Shown: positions 37,076 to 48,461 of the stretch, piece by piece
Numbering within the stretch: position 1 is the first letter of the stretch
How the letters are laid out: each line of letters opens with the position of its first letter
Source: Antedon mediterranea
Taxonomy: Eukaryota; Animalia; Echinodermata
DNA length: 64,000 nt
Direction: 5' to 3'
Assembly: GCF_964355755.1 (NCBI RefSeq)
Contig: NC_092675.1
Coordinates: 27,624,912 to 27,688,911, forward strand
The notes under the pieces: generated by a model
The model's database searches: none
What the model was told of the DNA's origin: nothing
What the model saw: only the letters and a program-made list of their open reading frames with translations
Program-made: the position numbers and the translations under genes

Positions 37076-39467
37076 TGTCAAGTACGCATCACTGCACATA
37101 ACATGCACGTAACTCTCCAAGAAAATCGCTGCCGGTGGTGTACATACCACTGCCGGTCATGGCTAACCATTTCCCTCTTGTCAAGTTCGAAGGAAAACCC
37201 ACTCTTTACTTGTGGGAGAATAGTGTTCCCCACTCTACCTTCAGTTTAGCTGCACTCCGATTATTCTCGATGTATCGTGAGAGTCAATGTTCTGGAGACT
37301 GTAACTGACCTACGTCTTTGCTGTGGACGGTCATTGTAATATGAACGTCTCCCTCCCCAGCCGAAGTGATGGTAGGCCTAACTAGACTAGCTCGTGGCGA
37401 TTTTTCCTTTCATTCCTTTTTTATGTCATTTGAATATTTATCTATCAATCATTTTGCTCACGGATAGTTTTCTCTCCACTCACTCACTTTTATAATGCGA
37501 CTGGATAAAGTGGCAGCAGTGATGTATATTAATTTAGGCCTACTTCCTGACCCATCATCGAACCATCAAGCCACATATGCAGCAATGCAATATTTATTTA
37601 CAAAATAGAGTGCAGACGATGTGTAAAGACCACAAGATAATATGGAAGTACGCCGAGGAAGTCTCCACTACAGCCAGTCAACGTATCATCATTACCATGG
37701 GAATATTGCTAATGTCTCCGGTCTGCTGGGTACGATCCAACTCAGATTATTAAAATGCAGTTTTCATTGGAGCGTTGCCAATACTTTCTTTGAGGCACAT
37801 TAGTACGAAACGACTAGCACACAGGAAAGTCAACATATCAAACCAGCACCGGTACGTAACCGGCTGGTAACGATATATTACGTTGATGTGGAAACTAACG
37901 TAGTCCAGACAATTGCGCGTTAACTCCCGATGAACTTCCTGGAGTGGATCATCACTAATGAATGTGGCATTACTCATTTTAAATAGGGCATCCACAACTT
38001 CTGAATTTTTAAACTGGTCACACGTACGGTGTAAAAGGTGGCGTAGCGTACACGTGTGAACTTGCAGTAACATCATAGACCATGTTTAGTCTTCGTAGTT
38101 ATTCAACAGCAATGTTAGATTTACTGTATAGGAATTAAAACTATCTGATTAGAAAATACGTTATATTACTGTTTTAATGGCGTGTATGCTTCAGATGTGC
38201 CGGCGGTACTGCAGGCAGAGCCGTATAACCTAGGCCTACTTCCACGATTGCACGTCCTGTATGGTGCGCGTCCTCATTTTCTTCTGCTTCCTGCTGTGGA
38301 ATTCAATACAGTGAAGGCAATTGCCACCACAAGAATTGAAAAGAGCACACGGCGTTAATGCATTTTTACAATCAACGTTTACACGAGCAACGCACTTTGA
38401 TAAACTTGAAAATTTGTGTAGAATTAGAAGACAGTCTGCTCATAATGTCGATAACACTGAAATGTAACTCTCTCAGAACCATTATAAATAACCAAGTTGA
38501 GTTTTATCTAATTACTGCAGTTATATTCATAATGCTGCATACGTTTTATCAGTAGATTCTTTATCATATCACAAAACAAGACATGCAAATCAGAAAAATC
38601 CGTGGGCTTCACAGTATCATTAATTAGATTCCATTTCGGCTTGACTTGTCCAATTCTTATTCTTTCCAAAACCGTTTCACACAGAACGCAGAAACCATTA
38701 TCCAAATAAGTTCGCCAACAGCAGCATGTCCTACACTTAGTTTAAACTTGTGTACATTTCCTTCTTAGTATCTGCCTTTTTGTAACCATAGTCACATTCA
38801 CGACGTGCTAGGCGAGTTCGGAATAAATTCATCCCTTCAATTAAACGCATTTCGGCTTGACTATGTTCAAGTCCGATCGAACGGGTTCTTTTATCTGACT
38901 AGTACACGTGCGCGTTTCCAAGAATATACTTAAAGGGCATGTACAGGCCTAATTTGAAAAAACGTAAACTCTAAACCGAGTTAGAGGCAAACCCGTGGCG
39001 TTAATTTGGCTACGGTTTCCGGCGCCTTTGCTAGGTCATTCTGCACCCTGAAATACTTTCATAAACACAAAAGAAATTGATAACGTTGCTATATAGTGCA
39101 TGGAGGGAATATAATGGTAGTGAAAGTACGGCAAATTATGTTGTATGTATTCTTATCATTAACAATCAAATCATAATTATTGGATCGTGTGAAAGTACGT
39201 TGCTCGTCGTGTAGTGAATATGTGTATGTATGAAATTAATATATGAATATTCAATGTCATGTACACTCGGATATCAGAAATACAATACTGTAACATAGAT
39301 GCATGAATTAAACATAGGATACTACGATCTTAAAATCACGACCGGGCACAAATAACAACTACACACGGTTTCATCAAAGTAAAACACTACAGAAAACTCT
39401 TCGATTTAAAAATAATATGGCCTAATCGTTTAATAATGTGGTAGATTGTGAATGAAGTAGGTCGAAT

Positions 39468-39495
39468 CATGGAGAAATATACTAAAATTTTCATG
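39468..39495. mobile_element. 28-bp CATGGAG..CATG micro-element with 7-bp TSD (GTCGAAT)
   Basis: gtcgaat|CATGGAGAAATATACTAAAATTTTCATG|gtcgaat. Confidence 0.65.
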
Positions 39496-39889
39496 GTCGA
39501 ATATCGGTATTATTACCTGTAAAGAACATTAACATATATTAACATAGATTAATAAAACAGTCGATACAGAAAGTGGCGGGCGGTACAGGTCAGGCCCAGG
39601 GATAAATAATTTATGGAAAACAGATTCACTAAAATATTACGAAATGAATCTTGATAAAGTTTACACAAAAGCATGATGACCGCATAGCCTAGATTTGAAA
39701 AGCTCCAACATAAATCATCGGTGTACAATTGCAGTGCGACGTGGTATGAGACAGATAACGTGAAATTAATTGCATCGGTTTATTTTGTTGAACTTTCTCT
39801 TAATCGGTTCTATTGCTTACGTATGAGGAGCTGCAAACTACGAAGAATATACAACGTCAGCGATCTAAGATGGTGACTATCGATCGTAC

Positions 39890-39921
39890 CAGGGAAGAGT
39901 TAAATTATTAACTCTTCCCTG
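39890..39921. mobile_element. 32-bp CAGGGAAGAGTTAA palindrome with 7-bp TSD (ATCGTAC)
   Basis: atcgtac|CAGGGAAGAGTTAAATTATTAACTCTTCCCTG|atcgtac; 14-bp perfect arms. Confidence 0.75.
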
Positions 39922-42508
39922 ATCGTACAAACACCGATTTTCAAATAGAGGCCAGAATTCGCAAAAAAACAAATTATTACCACGTCATCGCGTTTCTTTA
40001 CATTATTTTTTTCTTATATCAATAATCATCTCGTATATGTGGTGACGAGATTTGTCTGTACACACGACGCATTTTGTCCCAATTCATACGTAGTTGACCC
40101 TTCTTTATTTCACTATATCGGGACAGTGGGAATTAGGCCTATCGATATTTTTCTATAGGATTTTTTTCTATAGGCCTAGGCTAATTACGTAAAATCACGA
40201 GCGCATGTCATATAGACGCATGAATTAAACTACGGCGGTACGCGTTATCAACTACACTTAATATAATACGTTGAACACAATATTGCAGTATCTTTGAAAT
40301 ATCATGCCGCCATTTTAATATCGATATAATAATCAAGGACCTGATGGTCTGTACGGTTAATCTATTCGGCTCCTATAGAGTTCGTGCTCTGACAGAGATT
40401 TCAATAACACGTGACCAGACTCATCAGTTAAACACGTCGTTCTTGATTCACTGCTGGTTTTTTAATTCTCAAAAACATAATTATGCGCTGTAGCGTTCGT
40501 AAAGAAATGTTAATTCCGACGTTTGATTGTTGGTACGTGTGCCACTATGTGTTTCCGCTGGCTCTAAGCAAGCTCACGTTTCGTATTTGTAACCCATATT
40601 GCATGGACATAATGCGCTTAACTTTTAGTATGCAATTTTCTCAGTTGCTTTAAGTCGTGAATATCATTTTGCGTCAAGCTAAGGGGTTAGTATTCGACAT
40701 TCAGACTACATTTGCGTGTTAAAGAACGTGTCTTAAATTTAAATAAGCTCAGGATTCCTTTTGATATCAAAATACGACGTAAACATAAGAAAAGCAGACC
40801 TATTAGTATTATTTATTAATGTGTTGGAACCCTATTATTCTAAAGTTTCGTGCGTGCACGAGTGGAGGGCGTTGTACGGGCCACATGATGGTTGATATTT
40901 GATAAACAATGGTCGTATCATGACCTTGTGTAAACGGCGGATAGATATAAATAGTGAGTCCATTATAACACTCAGTTGCCCGATTGAAATAGACAACTTC
41001 CTATATGACCTAAACATGACCCCTGCTTTTGTGTAACGTCCGCGTACAGTCTGTACTTTGTTATGCTAACTACCTTGTTTAGTATAGTATTACCAAGTGA
41101 TGGAAATAAAGAATATTTTTTATAAAAATATAAGCTTGATTTACTGTATAGGTCTTTGGGTATACCTCAACATCCAATCAGTAGGCCAACACAACATCCT
41201 TTATTACTAGCACACATACTGTACAGTTACAGGGAACTATTCCTGTCTGTGCGTACAAGTAGAATGCTTTCACACGAGGTGTTATAATAATCGTCATAAC
41301 TTGACGAAAAAAGCATTGTTTTGGGTTGGGAACTTAAACCATGGAGTAAACTCCATGTTATATACCCTTACGGCAGTGGCATCGTACCATCGTGGTCTTT
41401 CCAAAGCCTCTTTTACACTTACAAACTTTTAAATTTACAAACCGAATAAATAAACCGCGAAAAAGTTCGCGCGATTGTATATTTATTTTATACTAGATTC
41501 GGTTGGCAAAATAAAATTGCCTTGTTTTGTATTGATTCCTGTATTTGTGAAAACTGCAGATAATGTGTTCCATATACAGATTTATGACTATTCAAGAAGA
41601 TATAATCTCACTATTTTCTGCTAATATCCGTTTACCAATAGAATAGGTAGTTACTGTATATTTAGAAAACCTCGTATAAAACGATTGAATTCAGGTCGCT
41701 GTTTGACTCTCAATGGAATCATACCGCCTGTATAAATGCCTGGGGCGTTATTATAAGTGCGGCAACCGATCAGACATGACTGAATGCGTCCAGTACAAAC
41801 GCCACGCATCTAGTTGAATTCCTATAGTGATCATTAGAACACTTTGCTATTCTATATAATGTATTAGATATTGCGTGGTGCTCTGTTCATTAACACCGAA
41901 AACTAGTATCTTTTGATAGTTGTGTCCACAAAAATATATTATTATAAAGTAAACATGATAGTTAATACACGCTAACACAACCTTTATCTTTATTTGAGCC
42001 CATGGCATGACGTACTTTTACTTTGATTCTATCTGCAACAATAGCACAAATACAGTTCAATACTTCAAAACATGATCAAATACTAATAGTATTAGTTTTG
42101 TATTTATTGTATTGATTGTAGTGGTGACAGACCAGTTTTGTTTGAAAGAAATAAATGTTGCAAATTGAATTGATTTCTTCACTTGGTAATATTACTTTAG
42201 GAAAACAAATTAAGTTAGTTTCATTGATGCGATGTAACACCTAATCAACTCAGCTGTTTGGAATGTATACAGCACCCTTGTATAATATTGTGATAATTCA
42301 ATGTTTGTACTATTTAATATTTAAATGTAGGATAGTAATAATATAACAGTATTAGTTATATGCCAAGGTAATTGGGCCTAGGCCTATTTCTGGCTGACAT
42401 TTCTGCAGTATTCTGATTAGTCATCAAAAGTAGAATTAACTTTATATCATCATGCCATGGGTACACCCCTTTTAAACAAAAACCCTGAAGGAAGTTCCTC
42501 GATAAACA

Positions 42509-42528
42509 CATGGAGTCTTTACTCCATG
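42509..42528. mobile_element. 20-bp CATGGAGT..ACTCCATG micro-element with 7-bp TSD (ATAAACA)
   Basis: ataaaca|CATGGAGTCTTTACTCCATG|ataaaca. Confidence 0.7.
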
Positions 42529-42569
42529 ATAAACAACTAATTGTTCTGATGTCTCGTAGCCTACTCTAC

Positions 42570-42670
42570 AACATGCATGCAGTAGGCATAGCCTAGGCCT
42601 AAACGACATACACCATAACATGCATGCAGTAGGCATATAGCCTAGGCCTAAACGACATACACCATAACAT
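42570..42670. repeat. Tandem duplication of ~47-49 bp
   Basis: AACATGCATGCAGTAGGCATA(TA)GCCTAGGCCTAAACGACATACACCAT twice. Confidence 0.85.
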
Positions 42671-45024
42671 AAACATAATCATGACATAATAATAGTCACT
42701 TCCAAAATGTCACTGTTTGACTTACTTACTATTTATTGAATTATCTCACAATTCAACGTGTCAGCATCCACAAATTCACGAAGCTTATTTCCGTCCGGAG
42801 TTTCACAACCGGCATAACTTGATAAAATTCAGTTCCTTATTTTCAGTAACGACTAGCCTAGCCCCTAGTCGTCGTTGCCGATGCTGATCGATGTTCCAGA
42901 ATATGCACGTGCTTATATCCAAAAGCAGGCAAACAACTGTACACGATCGTTCAAACAACAGCTAGCCTAGGCTAGTAATCATTGGAAAGTTGATAATGAA
43001 GTATACGTATATTGTCACAAGAATCTGCTGTAGTGTAATTAACAGATTTCACATAAACGATCGGGAAATAGCAACGAAAATCCAGAACAAACACGCGCCT
43101 ATGAAGCTGTACAGCAATGTTTTGAATAGGCGGGTAGGTTAGCCTGGCTGGCTCTGTCTGCACGCTCCACCAACAACGCAACGACGTACACAATCGACCT
43201 TCAACACAGGTCAATCCTGCGTTTGAGGCCAACGAACTGCCGATAAACTCGACAACCTTCTTTTGTCGGCAAATGCGATTGGACAGCCGAATAAAGTGGT
43301 TTCATCACAACTGATTAGGTACTCGTGTGCAATCAGGCGGAACTAAATCCAACATTCCGACTCATTTTGAGTTTCGTACGTTCGCGACGTTACAAGAACG
43401 ATGTGTAACTAGAAACCAGTGCGAGAAAAACAATATTATGAATTTAATACAGTACAGTGATATTTTGCGGTAATGGATTAATCAATTGATAATAAACCCA
43501 CAGCATACAGCGTATCGTCACATTTTATTTTTTATTTCCAGTCACAATTTCATGAAGAACCTTAAGGTCGATTTGCAATAATGCCGAATGAATGCCTTTT
43601 GATACACATGGGAATATTGGTGTAATTGTGTAGGGTTTATACGGAGGTGAAGGAGATGAATAAATTACCTACAATATTAGATATTTTAACCAATTACCAT
43701 TCTCACAAAATAATGACCTTACATAGACATGTGAACGTCTACAAAACGTTTTGAATCTTTTAATAAAACCTCTGTTTGATATTTTGATTAGCCCCACACT
43801 GCCAACAATGTGGATGAAGTTTTATGCAGGCTATATTTTATAGGTGAGTTGAAGAAGATGAATGAATGAACTATCTAATGAATTACGTAATGTTCAGACA
43901 ATGCGACAAATCCAAGGGCAACTACTACTTGGCCGGATCGTTTGTTGCAGTTATTTTCAACAACCTTGGTCCTGACCGATCAATTTTGATTCGCTTGATG
44001 TATCGGATGACCCTTGACATTTTTTCATACTGTACCGTGAGCAATGTAAATTTAGAATTTTGATCTGCAAAAAAAAACTTTAAGTGGAGTTAAGAAGAGT
44101 TTGAGTCGTCATGTGCGAATCGACGACTTGTCGCTAATGAGATCCTTAAAACTGCTTGCAAAAATGTTGACTAAGTCTAATTAACGGCCGTTGTTTACAG
44201 TAGGCCTACCGGTGTGGATACCATTATACAGTACACTAACTTACTACCGGTACTTATCTGGACCTAAATAAGGAAGACTGATTTGTAAAATAAATACAAG
44301 CCTGATGGTTGAAATTGGTAGTATATTGAGAAAACATATCCGACTTAATTCGACCTCAGACCGATATTTTTATTAGTCAGTTTAATAATCCACCTCCTTC
44401 CTTACTTTAGTCTGTTCCATTTTCCTTAAATTCAGGTCACACCTTATGTTTGGTTTCCACTAGTAAGCGCCGCAAGAAAAGCGATGGATTATTCGAACTG
44501 TCGCTTGTTATTGGTTTGTATACAATGGACATTTATTCTCGTTTTCTCACCCCTCGTACCTAGTTTGCGACTCTACAATATTAATGGTCATTCATTTTGA
44601 AAATATATGAGATTGAATGAACCAATATATTGTATGAGTTTGTGATCTTAGATTTTTAATCATAATTTTGTATTTTTAATGTATGGTTCTCACATTTTAG
44701 TATTATTTTAGACTGTTTAATTTTAACATTTTTTACTATTTTTAAGAAATTATGTATTATATATATGTATGTTGTACGGTAATGTTTTATGCTTGACCTT
44801 TTGAAAAACAACAATGTCCCCTTTGTGGGACAACTTGATATTGTTATCCAGTGGAAATATGTTTATAAATAAATAAAAAAATCAAAAAATCTTGCACCGT
44901 TGGTTTTTTTATTTTAAACAATACACTTCTTCGTGACGTGAATAACATTAACCGCGGGAAATAACGTCACGTCATCTGGCTCGATAGATTACGACGTATG
45001 TTTCTGTAATGCCGTCCGTTCATC

Positions 45025-45060
45025 CATGGAGGTATAACATTATTATTTTATACCTCCATG
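45025..45060. mobile_element. 36-bp CATGGAGGTATAA..TTATACCTCCATG micro-element with 7-bp TSD (GTTCATC/GTTCAAC)
   Basis: 13-bp perfect arms; flanking 7-mers match 6/7. Confidence 0.7.
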
Positions 45061-45371
45061 GTTCAACGTGCAGACATTTTAATTTAATTTCAGCAATTCG
45101 CTTACATATTATTATGAAATCATATGACCGAATTGTCCCCTTAGAATTGCGCACGAGCAAGAAACGCCGAGAAAGAAAAGATAGAGCAAAAATATAAATG
45201 GTTGGCTCATGATAACAGCCTATCCCTTTCGGGCCCTCGGCCCAAGGTTACCCAAGGTTACCCAAGGTTACCCCAGACGCAGCGATTCTATATTCGCGCG
45301 AATCGAAAGCGTTGTACTATGTACATTGCGCGGCTATTCATATAAGTTCCAGCGAAAAATATAGGCTTAAC

Positions 45372-45392
45372 CTTGGAGGTATCTTCTCCATG
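45372..45392. mobile_element. 21-bp C(T)TGGAG..CTCCATG micro-element with 7-bp TSD (GCTTAAC)
   Basis: gcttaac|CTTGGAGGTATCTTCTCCATG|gcttaac. Confidence 0.65.
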
Positions 45393-45539
45393 GCTTAACT
45401 ATAAAAGAGAGTATAACATGATACATTCAGCCAGTGGAAAACATCGCGCATTTCAAAGTTTTCTCTTGTTTCCCCACAGAGATTACAGCAAAGGGAGGGA
45501 ATTTGTAATGTGGCCACAGTACCACCGTAGTCGTAATGA

Positions 45540-45649
45540 TTGGTTCCTACTAGAGACGCAACACAAGGACGTAACGCAACGTAAGTGAATTTACCAATGA
45601 AAAGCGATGGATTATTCGAACTGTCGCTTGTCATTGGTTAACACGCTTG
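45540..45649. mobile_element. MITE family B, truncated copy (other fragments at 28336-28400, 31965-32028, 44448-44515)
   Basis: TGGTTCCTACTAGAGACGCAACACAAGGACGTAACGCAAC..AAGCGATGGATTATTCGAACTGTCGCTTGTCATTGG. Confidence 0.75.
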
Positions 45650-45774
45650 ACAGAGATAAATTTCTAGTCTAACCTTTTTTAAACTGAGCAACATAATGTC
45701 TTATAAATAATAAATGCGTGGATAGTTATGACATTATAAAATTCGCGTATTGGTATATTTCTTAGGTTTGGTAA

Positions 45775-45934
45775 AGCTTGCTTCCCACTAGCGACGCAAC
45801 GTAACGCAACCTACGCAACGTAAGAAAATGGCCTTCCAATAATTGTTTTTGCCCCCGCCTGTGTGAAATCAAACGATTTTTGCAGCACTTTGCGTCAATA
45901 CGTCGCTGCGTTGCGTTCTAGTGGGAACCACGCT
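45775..45934 (+). mobile_element. MITE family B2, full copy
   Basis: TAA|AGCTTGCTTCCCACTAGCGACGCAACG ... CTAGTGGGAACCACGCT|TAA; TAA TSD. Confidence 0.85.
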
Positions 45935-47879
45935 TAACCCGTAGACGATAGGTTGAACCATAATTACCATTGCATAGTCTGTGAAAATAGATCAACAGAA
46001 AGCCTAGAACAACATTGCAGCAGCTTATATTATTACACTAGACCTACGCAACGCCAAAATCAATTTTGTAGATCAATTTTTTACGATCAAAATGTATAAT
46101 CTGAACGCACCCAAGAGCGTTTGCAATGTTTACGTGGGTTTTAATAAAACTTGCACTGTCAACAAATCAGCGTCAAGCCTTTTGGGTGTAATATGAAACG
46201 TGGGTATTATAAATCAAATCTAAGTACAAAGTATCCACGAGGGACGCGCCAGGTAGAGTTCCAGGTAAACATTAAAAAGCTGGAATGATTGTAACTTGTT
46301 TTACGGAATCGTTTAGTCAGCATCTGTTTTTGCGTATTGCTGATGAACATTAATATGGAAATCAAGATAGTCGCGCGGCTTTTTAATTCCAGCATTGATC
46401 TCTGAAAAATAATTATAAATTATTCCTTTTGTCAGATGCAAATAAGAAAATCTCTAACGCAAATAATGTTGGAATTACGGACGTACGCTTAATGTGTATT
46501 GTATCGCCTATGGGTGGAAATCTATGATCTTTACGATTAATTCGTTTAGATGATATATTCAAACAAATGGTTGAATTAAACAAACAGTCATCTTGAAATT
46601 CCTATCGTGTCCAGTATCGTACGTTGTATAATCGACTTTGAGCGATGGTCACAAGTTCACAGAGAAGACGGACTACCGGCTGTCAATCGCTATCGCCAAG
46701 GTTATTCAGAGGACACGAATGCCTTACCGTTTTTATAGTTCCGTGCTTTTCAACCAGAAACTTTAGAAATTAGTTTCATCAACAGAGCGACTAGTGCGTG
46801 CTAGGCCAGATACCTGAGTTATCCCGTTGCGAACATTGCGTCGAGCCTTCCTGATAAAGCACGTACTTAGAACCGCAGCGTATTTATTATTAAGATTTTC
46901 GTCAAGATCGTACTAACGTCAGCAAAGAAACCGATTGATAAACTGGCGGTAAATCACGTTGTCTAGAAGTAATGCACCATGCATGCCAGATTCAGCGCCA
47001 TTTTATATAGGTCTACAATATTGTGTTACAAAACTTCAGCACGAACTCCGGCCAATTTTAGCTACAATCTGCTCCCTAGACTCGGGGCCTTGAGGATTTC
47101 TAAAGAAAAAGGGAGAAAATTCGGGACCCAACAAATTGCCCGAGGTTTCCCCTCAATAGGGTCGGTCGTTGTGTTAAACCCCCTCGTTTGGGAAAGTGTC
47201 CCTCTAATAGAGATATCCCCTGATCCCATACTTTCGGAAAGAATTAACTTTCTGATTTACTTAAATAGTTAAAAATAATTGATGTGGTTAGAAAATGTTT
47301 ATGAATTTTATATATTTTTTTCCATATGAAATAATAATTACCTGACCTCTCTCACACCAAATATCTTGTTGACTAAACGTTATCAATTTGGTAATAACAC
47401 ATTCGCTAGACATTTTTGTTGGACGAGGCCTATATTATATTATATTATGTTTTGCTCTTACTCAATGCTTACGGTATATCATTATCAGTAATACGGTAAT
47501 ATATAATGTGGATAAATATTAGATATATTATAATAAAGATATTTCCCTGTGGTATAGTAACGGTACTTCATTCATTGATTTCGTTTATCTCAAATTTCCT
47601 TATCTCGTCGACCACGACTGAAGTTCGGCCATTAAATCGTTTAAAGACACCGTCGTGAAACTAGAACACGATGATGGGTTGAATTTTACATACGGAAATA
47701 TTTAACACGTTTATTTGTCTGTTTGTTTTAAAATATTCATCCTAAAAAAAAAGAGGAAATTCTACGGTAGTCCGACAGTGCTGTCATGAACGCCATGGAG
47801 CTGACGGATAATACTAGGCCTAATACGAGTAGTCCCTTCTTCTGTGCACTCTGGCAGTACCAGTTCACCGAAGATTGTT

Positions 47880-47974
47880 CAACAACTTAGAGCTGCTATG
47901 ATGGCCGAGGAACCGGACTTTATGGCTACGGATGGTTTGATGCGTCCCTGCCTAAACCACTCGGCCATTTGCCT
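47880..47974 (-). mobile_element. Degenerate tRNA-SINE head related to the SINE at 36465
   Basis: Minus strand TGGCCGAGTGGTTTAGGCAG and the shared CGTAGCCATAA motif. Confidence 0.4.
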
Positions 47975-48418
47975 ATGGTAATTTAAAAGTCACATTATCT
48001 TACGTTTCTTCGAAGGACCGGTCGCTGTGATTTATAATTTATACTCGGCAATATATTTCACAAACAAATTAATGAAACATCATCTCTTATCGTATCGAAC
48101 GAAATGGTTAAAAAAAAAAGTTTTCCGCCCTATATGATAGTAGATAGCAATATTAAAATCCCCGCTTGTATTACAGTCGCCTTCCCCCTGACCCCCCCCC
48201 CATCCATTGACCGTCGATGAGCTATGCGCTGTGTGCTTTTTCGACAATCTGTCTCGATATCAATATTACGCGAAAACACAATTTGTATAGCTTACTATTA
48301 GGTTATATTTCTGTTTTGTGCACCTGGTCAGTTTTCTTATGACGGTGTGTAATTTTGTACAATTTCAAATTGCGTCAACTACACCATGCAGACGTACAGG
48401 GCAATTTGTACATAGGAC

Positions 48419-48461
48419 CATGGAGCTATAAAATTAATTAATCTAATTGTATAGCTCCATG
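48419..48461. mobile_element. 43-bp CATGGAGCTATA..TATAGCTCCATG micro-element with 7-bp TSD (ATAGGAC)
   Basis: ataggac|CATGGAGCTATAAAATTAATTAATCTAATTGTATAGCTCCATG|ataggac. Confidence 0.75.

Noticed and set aside
37750-38705. Short minus-strand ORFs possibly from a decayed transposase
   Set aside because: No DDE, THAP, RT or other motif could be recognised; would need a tBLASTn/HMM search.
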